DNA from: a virus
Taxonomy: Duplodnaviria; Caudoviricetes
Reading direction: 5' to 3' (one strand)
Virus record (IMG/VR): IMGVR_UViG_3300037400_004179
Span: 3,427 to 67,426 of that record
DNA: 64,000 nt
A model generated the notes under the pieces. That model saw nothing but the letters and a program-made list of their open reading frames with translations, did not search any database and was not told the DNA's origin. Shown here piece after piece: positions 9,954 to 18,628 of the stretch; within the stretch, counting starts at the first letter, position 1, and each line of letters begins with the position of its first letter. The translations under genes and the position numbers were made by a program.

Positions 9954-10448
9954 ATGAACAACATGACTCATCCACCCCGCCCCGCCCTCGCATTCTACCA
10001 CGCGAACGGCAGATGCACAGGCTCGGCCTTGACATTGGCGCTCGAACCCGCGACGGCTACCCGCGACGGACGCATCGTCGCGGGAATCGCGCCGCAGGAT
10101 AACTGCGAACACCCTCGCTTCGACTATTCGCGCGAGATCGTCTTCAACCTCTACTTCGCCGATGTGTGCGAGTTTCTTCGCGTGTTCCGCGGCGAGACCG
10201 AGAGCGTCGCGGACGGCAGGGGGCAGTTCCACAGGACGCCCCACGCGAACATCCGCGTCAATCTCCGCCATGTCGTCGAGCCGGTATGCTGCTATTCGCT
10301 CGAAGTCTACGAGCGGAGGTTCTCGGACTCGGAGGAGCGCCGCGTCTGCATCGTGCTCACCTCGGCCGAGGCGACGGGGCTTTGCCTTGCGCTCGAGCAT
10401 TCCATGTCGCTTCTCGCGTTCGGGATTCCCGAGAAAGGGGCGAACTGA
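9954..10448 (+). CDS. hypothetical protein, possibly Whirly/PC4-like ssDNA-binding fold
   Basis: 164 aa; AFYHANG..GSAL...PA and FDY..EIVF.L.F.D..E.L.V pattern recalled from a conserved hypothetical family; fold is inference. Confidence 0.4.
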   Translation: MNNMTHPPRPALAFYHANGRCTGSALTLALEPATATRDGRIVAGIAPQDNCEHPRFDYSREIVFNLYFADVCEFLRVFRGETESVADGRGQFHRTPHANIRVNLRHVVEPVCCYSLEVYERRFSDSEERRVCIVLTSAEATGLCLALEHSMSLLAFGIPEKGAN

Positions 10449-10675
10449 TGAAACTCGAAATCACGCTCAAGGTCGAGGACTCGGACGAGAACATCGTCCA
10501 CACGCTCGAGGAGGCGCTGTCCGTCGTGCGCTACAACTACACGAACTGGGGGAGCGCGTACTGTCTGCGGAAGTGGCGCAACGACCTCGACGGCATTGGG
10601 TACGGCATTCGCCGCGCCCACCATTCGGACGGCTCGACCAAGTGGGAGAGCCGCGCGACGATCAGCAACTTCTAA
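10448..10675 (+). CDS. early hypothetical protein
   Basis: TGATG coupling to previous gene. Confidence 0.55.
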   Translation: MKLEITLKVEDSDENIVHTLEEALSVVRYNYTNWGSAYCLRKWRNDLDGIGYGIRRAHHSDGSTKWESRATISNF

Positions 10676-10697
10676 CCAGAACGAAAGGAACCAGACC

Positions 10698-11252
10698 ATG
10701 AACTGCGAACATGTAATCTACGACAACGACGCATGCGCCTACGACTTCGACGAGGCGAGGCGCAACTGCGCGGAGGCGCTCGACGAGACGCCCGACGAGG
10801 TGAGCGACACCGCCGTGTGGGACTATATCGCCGACGATACGCGCATCCAGTACGAGGCCGAGAAGATGAACCTCGACAGGCCGCTCGACGGGCGCATACT
10901 GTGCTACGGATCGCTCGGCCTTTGGTGGGGAAGGCCGACGGGCTACAGGGTAATCGACGAATGCAACCTCAACGCCGTCCTCGACCAGGCTTGCCGCGAC
11001 TCGTACACCTACCGCGTCTACTTCGACGGCGAGGACATCCGGGCGAAGGACGGACACCACGACGGCACGAACAGCTACACCTTCCGCGAGATCCGCACGG
11101 ACATAAGCGACGAGGCGCTCGACGATTTCCTCGACCGCCTCGCAAGCGGCAGAGTGTCGGACGCCGACATGGAGCGCGTCACCCGTTCGCTCGGGCCCCA
11201 TGTGTGCGAAATCTACGGATGGGAGATGAAGAAGAAGGGAGCCGCGGCATGA
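10698..11252 (+). CDS. acidic early hypothetical protein
   Basis: GAAAGGAAC RBS; GC3 bias. Confidence 0.65.
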   Translation: MNCEHVIYDNDACAYDFDEARRNCAEALDETPDEVSDTAVWDYIADDTRIQYEAEKMNLDRPLDGRILCYGSLGLWWGRPTGYRVIDECNLNAVLDQACRDSYTYRVYFDGEDIRAKDGHHDGTNSYTFREIRTDISDEALDDFLDRLASGRVSDADMERVTRSLGPHVCEIYGWEMKKKGAAA

Positions 11253-11536
11253 AATACACGCTTGAAGTCAGGCGCACCCGTTCGAGCGTCACACAGGGAA
11301 GCGCGACCGTGCTGATCGACGGCAAGCCGATTGTGTCGTACTGCGACCAAATCAAGCTCGTCGGGAGCAACGACGAATACTGCGGCGCGAAAGGCCGTCC
11401 GACCTATGGCGAGAACATCGGAGGATGGGCGAGCGTCCTCCCCGATTCGTACTTCGTCATCGGCATGTGGTGCCACGAGGACACCAACGACAGGATTGCC
11501 GAAGCGATGAAGGGGAAGGAACGCAAACATGGATAA
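11249..11536 (+). CDS. early hypothetical protein
   Basis: ATGA overlap; GGGAG RBS. Confidence 0.55.
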   Translation: MKYTLEVRRTRSSVTQGSATVLIDGKPIVSYCDQIKLVGSNDEYCGAKGRPTYGENIGGWASVLPDSYFVIGMWCHEDTNDRIAEAMKGKERKHG

Positions 11537-11735
11537 GATATACATCATCGTCAAGAACGAACACGGCAACCCGAAGACGCCGGTTAGATGGGGAAGACAG
11601 GGCGGTGGCGCTTTCGGCTACTGCCTCAACGACGGGCATGTTGTTTGCTTTGAGTCGTTCGAGGAGGCCGACAAAGTGTTGAAGACGTTTACCGAACCGC
11701 ATTGGTACGACATTGTGGAGTACAGGAAAGCGTAG
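11529..11735 (+). CDS. early hypothetical protein
   Basis: 68 aa; GAAGGA RBS; overlaps previous stop. Confidence 0.55.
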   Translation: MDKIYIIVKNEHGNPKTPVRWGRQGGGAFGYCLNDGHVVCFESFEEADKVLKTFTEPHWYDIVEYRKA

Positions 11736-11755
11736 GCGACGAAAGGGAGAATGCC

Positions 11756-11926
11756 ATGAAACTTCTAAAGTGCAAGAACGGCGCGATGCTCATACACGAC
11801 GGGGAAACCGGCGCGTACTGGGTGATCGCGAACATCTGCGGAAAGCCGTCGCGCCTATTCGCGGGCGGAACGCCCGAGAAGGCGGACAGCACATTCAACT
11901 ACTATTCACGAATCAAGCACGACTGA
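11756..11926 (+). CDS. small early protein
   Basis: AGGGAG RBS before MKLLKC. Confidence 0.5.
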   Translation: MKLLKCKNGAMLIHDGETGAYWVIANICGKPSRLFAGGTPEKADSTFNYYSRIKHD

Positions 11927-11938
11927 AAGGACAAGGCC

Positions 11939-12556
11939 ATGAGCAAGAAACACAAGACCGAGGTTGCGATACCCGAGCACATCATGAACGCGCTCGCCGT
12001 GCCGCCCGTTGAGTATCTCGAAAAGTGGTGGAAAGCCAATTCCACCGAGGAGGAGCGCGTAGCCGCCGACGAGCGCGACGCGACAATCGAGGGCGCGTAT
12101 GCGTTCATCGAGGACTTTTCCCGCAGGGCGGAGAAGTCCGGGGGCGGCTCGTGCCTTCCCGACCAGATCGTCTACGAACTTTGCGGAATCTTCATGCGCG
12201 TATGCCGCGACGGGGATGTCTACGCCACCGCCGCCGAGATCGCCAAGGAAGAGGAGGACGCGAAGCGCCGCGAGGAGGCCGAGGCGAAGCGCAAGGAGGA
12301 GGCCGAGAAGCGGAGGAAGGACGCCGCGCTCAAGGAGGCCGAGCGCGTCGCCGCCATGTCCCCCGAAGAGCGCGAGGCCTACGAGCGCGAACTCGCAAGC
12401 CGGTCCGAGAAGGAGCGGCAGATGGCGGCGGAGGCCGAGGAGCGCCGCAAGGCGAAGGAGGCCGAGGAGAAGCTGAAACGCGAGAGGCGCGAAGCCGCCG
12501 CCCGCAAGAAGGCCCTCGCCGAGGAGATGGAGAAGAGACAGTTGACGCTGTTCTGA
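11939..12556 (+). CDS. PcfK-like / AcrIIA9-family-like protein
   Basis: IEGAYAFIEDFSRRA..GGGSCLPDQIVYE pattern, long EAEK coiled coil and terminal QLTLF; adjacent to PcfJ-like gene. Confidence 0.55.
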   Translation: MSKKHKTEVAIPEHIMNALAVPPVEYLEKWWKANSTEEERVAADERDATIEGAYAFIEDFSRRAEKSGGGSCLPDQIVYELCGIFMRVCRDGDVYATAAEIAKEEEDAKRREEAEAKRKEEAEKRRKDAALKEAERVAAMSPEEREAYERELASRSEKERQMAAEAEERRKAKEAEEKLKRERREAAARKKALAEEMEKRQLTLF

Positions 12557-12571
12557 AAGGAAGGTGACGCA

Positions 12572-13867
12572 ATGACAGACAAGAAGGCAATCAAGCTCAT
12601 TCTCCGCGCCGAGCGCAAACGCAAGGGGGAGAAGAACATACTTCGCTGGTATTCGTCCGTCCACCCGAGGCGCGGCGGCGAGGCGGACATAAAGACATGG
12701 GCCGTGAAGACATGGCGGGGCAAGCCCGTCGTTCTCCTCGCGTCCGTCTACCCGACGGACGGCGGAATGCCGCAGGTCAGCGGTCGGTGCCTCGTCTCGA
12801 TGTGGGACAACTGCCCGCACTTCAACTGGCTCGACTACGGCGGACGCTCCCATGTCGCCGTATGGGAGGATGTGGACGGCGGAAGAAACGAGATGCTCGA
12901 CCCGCGCAATGAACACAGCTTCAGGCGCGGCATAGAGTTCTACGGACTCGGCATGTTCGTCAACGGATTCGAGCGCACGAAATACCAGTACGGATGCTTC
13001 CGCGAAAGCAATCTGCGCCTCTCGGACTGGCTCGACTGCATGCACATATCGCCGCGCACCGAGCTTCTCATAAAGGCCGGACTGACCCGCTGGCTCGATC
13101 CGCGCTACCTTCCGACGCTCATCGACGACAAGGGGCTTCTGAACTATGTCCGCGCCAGAGCCGACAAGCTGAGGAATGTCTCGCCGTACTTTGTCATCCG
13201 CGACTACAGGAAGACGGGCGCGATGGTGAACGACGAACGCGCCCGCGCATACCTCGTGTGCGAGCGGTACGGCTTCTCCAACCTCCCCTTCGGCAGTCTG
13301 CACATACTCCACTGGCTCGAAAAGAGCGGCACGGATCCAAAGGCGCTCCGCCACCACATCGACAACCTGAAGGAGTTGAAGATGGACTTGACCTACGAGC
13401 CTCATGTCCTCCCGAAGGACTTCGCCGTCTACTCGCTCGACATCGAGGAGCGCGTACACCAGCGGCGCGAGGACATTCGCCTTGCGAAGGAAGCCGCGCA
13501 GATGGAGAAGGAGCGAATCGCCCGCGAAGCGCGGATTCACGCCCGCCGCACGATACGCAAGTGGCTTGCGGAAGGACGGATCGGCCCCCGCTTCTCCATC
13601 GTCATCCCGAACACCGAGACGGAGATGCAGACCGAGGGACACGCCATGCACAACTGCGTCGGTGGGTACTGGCACGGACACGGCTGGCGCACGGGCGAAT
13701 GCGAACTCGCGTTCATCCGCAAGAACGGAAAGCCGTACATCGACGTGGAGATCCGCAACGGATGCATCTACCAGGCGCGCTACGACGGAAACATCGAGGT
13801 TCCCGCCTCGTCGAAGGACTACAAGGTCTGCGAGGTCGCGCTCGCCGCGTTCAAGCGGGCCGCATGA
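12572..13867 (+). CDS. PcfJ-like domain protein
   Basis: 431 aa; C-terminal IVIP..E.EM..EG.AMHNCVGGY...YIDVEI...IYQAR motif typical of PcfJ-like family. Confidence 0.75.
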   Translation: MTDKKAIKLILRAERKRKGEKNILRWYSSVHPRRGGEADIKTWAVKTWRGKPVVLLASVYPTDGGMPQVSGRCLVSMWDNCPHFNWLDYGGRSHVAVWEDVDGGRNEMLDPRNEHSFRRGIEFYGLGMFVNGFERTKYQYGCFRESNLRLSDWLDCMHISPRTELLIKAGLTRWLDPRYLPTLIDDKGLLNYVRARADKLRNVSPYFVIRDYRKTGAMVNDERARAYLVCERYGFSNLPFGSLHILHWLEKSGTDPKALRHHIDNLKELKMDLTYEPHVLPKDFAVYSLDIEERVHQRREDIRLAKEAAQMEKERIAREARIHARRTIRKWLAEGRIGPRFSIVIPNTETEMQTEGHAMHNCVGGYWHGHGWRTGECELAFIRKNGKPYIDVEIRNGCIYQARYDGNIEVPASSKDYKVCEVALAAFKRAA

Positions 13868-13899
13868 CAGGACGAACACCAAACGAAAGGACAGCCAAC

Positions 13900-14346
13900 A
13901 TGAAAAAGATAACCATAAGCAAGCAGATAGAACTGGTACAGGACGCCTACCACAAGGCCAACGACGCACTACTCGCCTACAACGAATTCGTGAGGCTCGC
14001 GCGGACGGACATCCCGTCCGTGCGGAAGGACATCTTCGCGGCGATGGCGAAGCTTACAACGACCTGCGAGGCGCTCGTGCATGAGCGCGACGCGATCCGC
14101 GCGAAGTTCGCCAACGCGCCGATGGTGCAGGCCACCGTGTCGTATGGCGGGAAGTCCGTCAAGATAGCGTGTGCGCGTCCGCACGACAACATCGACTACC
14201 CGAGCATATCCGAGGCGACATGCGAGGCCGTGCGCCATCGTCTCGGCGTCCCGGACGGAGAGAAGCCGCTTTCGCTCGACGGCGACATAGCCGTAGTCTC
14301 GCGCCGGGGCGAGGTGGTGGCGTACATCGACGGAAAAATGGTATAA
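13900..14346 (+). CDS. hypothetical protein
   Basis: GAAAGGA RBS; 148 aa. Confidence 0.6.
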   Translation: MKKITISKQIELVQDAYHKANDALLAYNEFVRLARTDIPSVRKDIFAAMAKLTTTCEALVHERDAIRAKFANAPMVQATVSYGGKSVKIACARPHDNIDYPSISEATCEAVRHRLGVPDGEKPLSLDGDIAVVSRRGEVVAYIDGKMV

Positions 14347-14347
14347 T
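14339..14347 (+). promoter_or_regulatory. extended -10 promoter
   Basis: TGGTATAAT about 25 nt upstream of the 14372 ATG, followed by AAGGAG RBS. Confidence 0.6.
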
Positions 14348-14371
14348 CTCGGCACAAGGAGACAGCAGACA

Positions 14372-14638
14372 ATGCCATACCAACGCAAGACACGGACGGC
14401 GGAGGAACTCTCGATAGCCCGCAGCATAGCCGCGAAGTCGAGGAAGTCCCACAAGGGCGGACGCCCCGCGAACCCCAGCGCGAAGCGCATCTCGCACAAC
14501 ATCGGCCTCCACGCGGAAGCCTACCAAGTCTTCAGGACGCTCGCGGCGGCGGCGCAGAAGACGGTCGCGGACTTCATGGACGCAGTAGCCGAGTCGTTGA
14601 AGGCGAAGAACCCGAAGCACTTCCCTCCGTCAGCATAG
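14372..14638 (+). CDS. small basic DNA-binding protein (RHH/CopG-like)
   Basis: 88 aa; KGGRP followed by a beta-strand (SHNIGL) and two helices. Confidence 0.5.
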   Translation: MPYQRKTRTAEELSIARSIAAKSRKSHKGGRPANPSAKRISHNIGLHAEAYQVFRTLAAAAQKTVADFMDAVAESLKAKNPKHFPPSA

Positions 14639-14947
14639 CCCGTCGAGGGAGTCGAGGAGCGACGCGAGGGCGGTCTGTGCCGCCTTCGCGTTTTTCTTTA
14701 TGCCGCCGAGGTCTGGGCGATCCGGCATGTCCGCAAGGCCGACGAGAGAGTCGGCGGAGCATCCGAACAGGCGGCACAGCTTCACGAGGTTTTCTATCGA
14801 CGGCTCGGAGTCGCCGCGTTCCCATCCGCCGTAGCCGACCGGGGACATGCCGAAGTGACGCGCGACTGCGCCCTGCGAAAGCCCCTTCTGTGTCCGCATC
14901 CGCTTTAGCCGCTCGGTGAACGGGGTGGTCTTTGGCCGTGCTTTCAT
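14630..14947 (-). CDS. XRE-family HTH repressor
   Basis: RLKRMR..KGLSQ..VA..FGMS...Y..WERG.SEPS.E.L.KLC.LFGCS.D.L, classic HTH_3. Confidence 0.85.
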   Translation of the reverse strand: MKARPKTTPFTERLKRMRTQKGLSQGAVARHFGMSPVGYGGWERGDSEPSIENLVKLCRLFGCSADSLVGLADMPDRPDLGGIKKNAKAAQTALASLLDSLDGLC

Positions 14948-14974
14948 GATTCAGATACCTCCAAAAATTGCTGT

Positions 14975-15380
14975 TGCAGACTTTTTGCATTTGCATTCTG
15001 CACAGAATACAAAAATGCAAAGCCATAAAAAGCCTTGAAAAACGAGACTTTGCAGAGTGCAAAGCCCGCAAAATGCAAAATGCAAAAGAATTTCTCTATT
15101 GTGATGCAACAACAAAAAACAGCAACCGCACTCAAAACAACTTCGATAGTTTTGTATTTTATTGCATTAATGCCAACCTGCACACACTTTGCAGACCTTA
15201 CAAACACCCTGCAAAATAATAGAGAAATTCTATTTTTTGCACAGGGGAGAGGCCCATCGGCACTGCCGTGCAATCGTGCAGAGAATACACCCCCTTTAGG
15301 GGGGTGTATTTCTCTGACACCTCTTGCGCGGCAATCCAGTGCCTTTCGCGCGCAACAGCAATTTTTCATGGCTCTTTGCA
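14975..15380. repeat. TGCA iteron cluster with CCCCC-TTTA-GGGGGG cruciform (origin-like element, copy 2)
   Basis: About 18 TGCA in 405 bp, AT-rich; palindrome at 15279-15316. Confidence 0.6.
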
Positions 15381-15398
15381 TCGGGTTCATTTCGGTCT

Positions 15399-15668
15399 TT
15401 AATCATCAATAAATTTCGGTCTTGCGTCGGGCACCGAAAAATCCTCATGGGTTGAAGTCGTTCTGCGCGGAAAATCAAGTTCCTTAAACACTTTGCCATC
15501 ATAGTAGTGAACAATCCCCAGTTTCTTATCGAACACGACAAACGAACTTCCGTGCGGATGATATTCGAATCTGTTGTTCTTGAATAGCGCTATCCCAGAC
15601 GAAAGCAAAACAGTTGTTGCAATACCAGCTGCGAATGAGATTAAAATCGCGACGAGTGTTCTTAGCAT
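15399..15668 (-). CDS. small membrane-anchored protein
   Basis: N-terminal hydrophobic helix; low GC; TGGTATAAT promoter near 15715-15723 on minus strand; AAGGAG RBS. Confidence 0.55.
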   Translation of the reverse strand: MLRTLVAILISFAAGIATTVLLSSGIALFKNNRFEYHPHGSSFVVFDKKLGIVHYYDGKVFKELDFPRRTTSTHEDFSVPDARPKFIDD

Positions 15669-15774
15669 ACCATACTCCTTGTCTTGTGTAGGGTCTGAAA
15701 ATTTGAATGAAAATATTATACCATTTCGGCACTATGCCCCGCTATGGCAAACTAAAAAAAAGTTATTTTCCCTA

Positions 15775-15804
15775 TTGCATTGTGTCCACACAATTTGGTA
15801 CAAT
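15775..15804 (+). promoter_or_regulatory. rightward promoter with palindromic operator in spacer
   Basis: TTGCAT (15775-80) and TGG-TACAAT (15796-804); perfect ATTGTGT-CC-ACACAAT at 15779-15794. Confidence 0.65.
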
Positions 15805-15836
15805 ACTCGATGTCAAGTTCAAATAAGGTTTTTCTG

Positions 15837-16031
15837 ATGGCTACGAAAGAAAATAAAGGCAGAGACAGACACCTTGGTCGCCGGGTAGAGTTTTATATAC
15901 CCGACAACGAATTCGATGCGATGCAAGCTGGAATGGCCGCAATCCACGAAACAAACAAGTCTGTCTTCGTTCGTTCGGCAATAAAGTCTTTCTGCGACTT
16001 CCTCAAAACAAAGGAAGGAAAAAACAAATGA
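15837..16031 (+). CDS. ribbon-helix-helix-like regulator
   Basis: MATKENKGR..RRVEFYIPDNEFDAM...NKSVFVRSAI, beta-helix-helix pattern. Confidence 0.55.
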   Translation: MATKENKGRDRHLGRRVEFYIPDNEFDAMQAGMAAIHETNKSVFVRSAIKSFCDFLKTKEGKNK

Positions 16032-16228
16032 GTGCTAAAACATACAAGCCATCGTTCCTCATATCGGCAGAAGTGCCGAATGAACTTCGCTCGCAGCTCA
16101 TAAGCTATGCCTCCAGGCACGGAATCACAGAGGAGGAAGTATATCGAAAGGCGCTTAAATTTTTTGCGGCCCGCTGTGTCCACACACAAGCGCGGTCGCC
16201 GCGCCGCAGAACTCGTAAAGTCCGCTAA
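16028..16228 (+). CDS. ribbon-helix-helix-like regulator
   Basis: LISAEVPNELRSQLISYASRHGITEEEVYRKAL; ATGA overlap. Confidence 0.6.
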   Translation: MSAKTYKPSFLISAEVPNELRSQLISYASRHGITEEEVYRKALKFFAARCVHTQARSPRRRTRKVR

Positions 16229-16297
16229 TTTTTTTTAGCCAAAGTGTCCACACACATAGCACCGAATACGATGTGTCCACACACAAGAGGAAAAACA

Positions 16298-16471
16298 ATG
16301 AACAACACTGCCAATGAAGAGCCCCTTCGCCTCGTTCAGATACGCCTCGACGACGATCTGGTTGCGACGATACAGGACATGACGAAAGTTGATGCTGTTG
16401 CAACTGCCGCCGTCGCCGTTATTCGCCGCGCAGCAGAAGAATACAGGCGTTCCGCAGTCAAGTCCAAGTAA
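16298..16471 (+). CDS. ribbon-helix-helix-like regulator
   Basis: LVQIRLDDDLVATI...AVAVIRRAA; GAGGA RBS. Confidence 0.5.
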   Translation: MNNTANEEPLRLVQIRLDDDLVATIQDMTKVDAVATAAVAVIRRAAEEYRRSAVKSK

Positions 16472-16845
16472 TGCACTGGATGTCGCGAGAGTGGCTCTGC
16501 AAGCGTCTGCGTCTGTCGCTACGGCAGTCGTATTCGCTCGTGCGCCCGGGATATGGCCCAGCCATATCGTCGGACGCCATTCTCGCGCTTATCAATTCCT
16601 CGCGGCGCAACATCGCTGAACCGTTTCAATATGTGCCGAGCGACATTGTGACGGCTGAGGAGCTTGCACAGGCCGAGGAGATTGCCTCGACGGGTATCAC
16701 GGCGCATCAACTTCTCGTATGGACGCGCCGGACGAAAGCCGTGCCACCGCACATCAGGATAAACAAGCAGACCACCCGATTCGTCAAGTCCGCTTTCTTC
16801 AAGTGGCTTGCCGAAAGAACCGCAGCGAGGTATCGCGCATGGTGA
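16471..16845 (+). CDS. Xis/AlpA-like winged-HTH protein (two HTH-like halves)
   Basis: IVTAEELA..IT...LL.WTR...PPHIRINKQTTRF.KS....WL resembles excisionase/AlpA. Confidence 0.5.
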   Translation: MHWMSREWLCKRLRLSLRQSYSLVRPGYGPAISSDAILALINSSRRNIAEPFQYVPSDIVTAEELAQAEEIASTGITAHQLLVWTRRTKAVPPHIRINKQTTRFVKSAFFKWLAERTAARYRAW

Positions 16846-17252
16846 ACCAGAATGTAGAAAAGCGGATGATTTCATTTATCAACACCGCCGCCGACCGATG
16901 CCGGCACTGCCTTCGCAAATCGCCAACAACGTGCGAGAAATGCGAATCGTCGTGGGCGCAGAGCATCATGACAGACATACTTGCGACAGCTACCGAGAAC
17001 ACCCCCGACTACTCGCTTGCATATCGCATGAAGCTGATTCGCACCAGACTTCAACACGCCAACCGTCCGCTTCTCGCGTCTGAAATCCATCTTGACGGAT
17101 TATGTTCCATGCAGCTCAAATACTGGACGCTCAGATACATGGTGCGCAAAGGCGTGCTCATCCGCACCGTCGCGTTTAGGCGCGGCCAGAGCCGCAAAAA
17201 ATACTACCGCTACTTCCTCAGGAAGAAAAAACAAGGAGACAACAAAAAATGA
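16839..17252 (+). CDS. Cys-rich putative transcription regulator
   Basis: CRHC..CEKC zinc-like motif plus winged-helix-like C-terminus. Confidence 0.45.
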   Translation: MVNQNVEKRMISFINTAADRCRHCLRKSPTTCEKCESSWAQSIMTDILATATENTPDYSLAYRMKLIRTRLQHANRPLLASEIHLDGLCSMQLKYWTLRYMVRKGVLIRTVAFRRGQSRKKYYRYFLRKKKQGDNKK

Positions 17253-18583
17253 AATTAACGCTAATAGAGATTACGAATCTCAAACGGCTGAAAGCCGTCC
17301 GCCTCGAGCCCTCCGACAAGGGCCTCACGGTGATCGGCGGCCGCAATGGGCAGGGCAAGACCTCCGTCCTCGACGGAATCGCCTACGCGCTTGGCGGCGA
17401 GAAGTTCCGCCCGACTTCGCTGAAGCGGGACGGCGCAATCGCCGAGACGAAGATACACATCGAGACCGACGACGGCATCGTCATCGAGCGCAAGGGCAAG
17501 AACGCCTCGCTGTCGGTCTACGACTCGACCGGAACGAAGCGCGGGCAGCAGCTCATCGACACGCTGATTTCCAAGCTCGCAATCGACCTGCCGAAGTTCT
17601 TGAACTCGTCCGACAAGGACAAGGCGGACATCCTCCTCCAGATCCTCGGCATCGGCGACAAGCTCGACCAGTTCGACCGCGACATCAAGGCGAAGTTCGA
17701 CACGCGCACGTCCGTGGGACGGGAGGCGGACAGGAAGCAGAAGGCCGCGGACGACATGCCCTATCACGAGGACGTGCCGGAGGAGCCGGTGTCGGTGAAG
17801 AAGCTCATCGAGCAGCAGCAGGAGATTCTCGCGAGGAACGGCATCAAGGAGGAGCATCGCCGCGAGCTTGAAGCGAACAAGAGCGAACGCGTCCGTCTCG
17901 TCAAGGAGTACGACAGGCTCGTCAGCGAGGTCGAAAGACTCAAGGAGCAGATCAAGCACATCGAGAAGAAAATCGACGACGCATCGTCCGAGGACTTCAC
18001 CCTCGAATCGACCGCCGCGCTCGAGGAGCAGATTGCCAAGCACGAAGAGACGAACCGCAAGATCGCCGAGAACAAGGCGAAGACCGAGCGAGAGAACGAG
18101 GCCGCCGACCTCCACGACCAGTACGATGCGCTGACCGAGGAGATAGAGAAGCTTCGCGCCGACCGCCTCGCGCTCCTCCGCGACGCAGACCTCCCCTTCC
18201 CGGGGCTTTCGGTGAACGACGAGGGATGCCTGACGCTCAACGACAAGGCGTGGGACTGCATGAGCGGCTCCCAGCAGATGATCGTCGGCACGGCCATCGC
18301 GTCCCGCCTCAACCCGTCGTGCAGATTCGTCCTCCTCGACAAGCTGGAGCAGCTCGACCTCGAGACGCTCGAGGACTTCGACAAGTGGCTCGTCGAGAAC
18401 GACCTCCAGGCGCTTGCGACCCGCGTCTCCACAAACTCGGACGGCGAATGCTCGCTCGTCATCGAGGACGGAGAGGTGAAGGAGGACGGCGAGCGCGTGG
18501 AGACCATCCCGCTTGCCAAGAAGCCCGCCCCGAAAAAGCCCGCCGCCGAAAAGAGCGGCCTCGGCGACGACGATTACGACTGA
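17249..18583 (+). CDS. SMC/RecN-like AAA ATPase
   Basis: Walker A GRNGQGKT, long coiled coil, signature MSGSQ, Walker B VLLDKLE. Confidence 0.85.
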   Translation: MKLTLIEITNLKRLKAVRLEPSDKGLTVIGGRNGQGKTSVLDGIAYALGGEKFRPTSLKRDGAIAETKIHIETDDGIVIERKGKNASLSVYDSTGTKRGQQLIDTLISKLAIDLPKFLNSSDKDKADILLQILGIGDKLDQFDRDIKAKFDTRTSVGREADRKQKAADDMPYHEDVPEEPVSVKKLIEQQQEILARNGIKEEHRRELEANKSERVRLVKEYDRLVSEVERLKEQIKHIEKKIDDASSEDFTLESTAALEEQIAKHEETNRKIAENKAKTERENEAADLHDQYDALTEEIEKLRADRLALLRDADLPFPGLSVNDEGCLTLNDKAWDCMSGSQQMIVGTAIASRLNPSCRFVLLDKLEQLDLETLEDFDKWLVENDLQALATRVSTNSDGECSLVIEDGEVKEDGERVETIPLAKKPAPKKPAAEKSGLGDDDYD

Positions 18584-18628
18584 TGCGGAAAGTTCTGCCA
18601 CTACAACCAAAAAAAACAAGGAGACAAC

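Noticed and set aside
8626-13902. Recurring GAAAGGA(AC) intergenic motif in the early island
   Set aside because: Explained as the ordinary Shine-Dalgarno context of each gene, not a separate repeat system.
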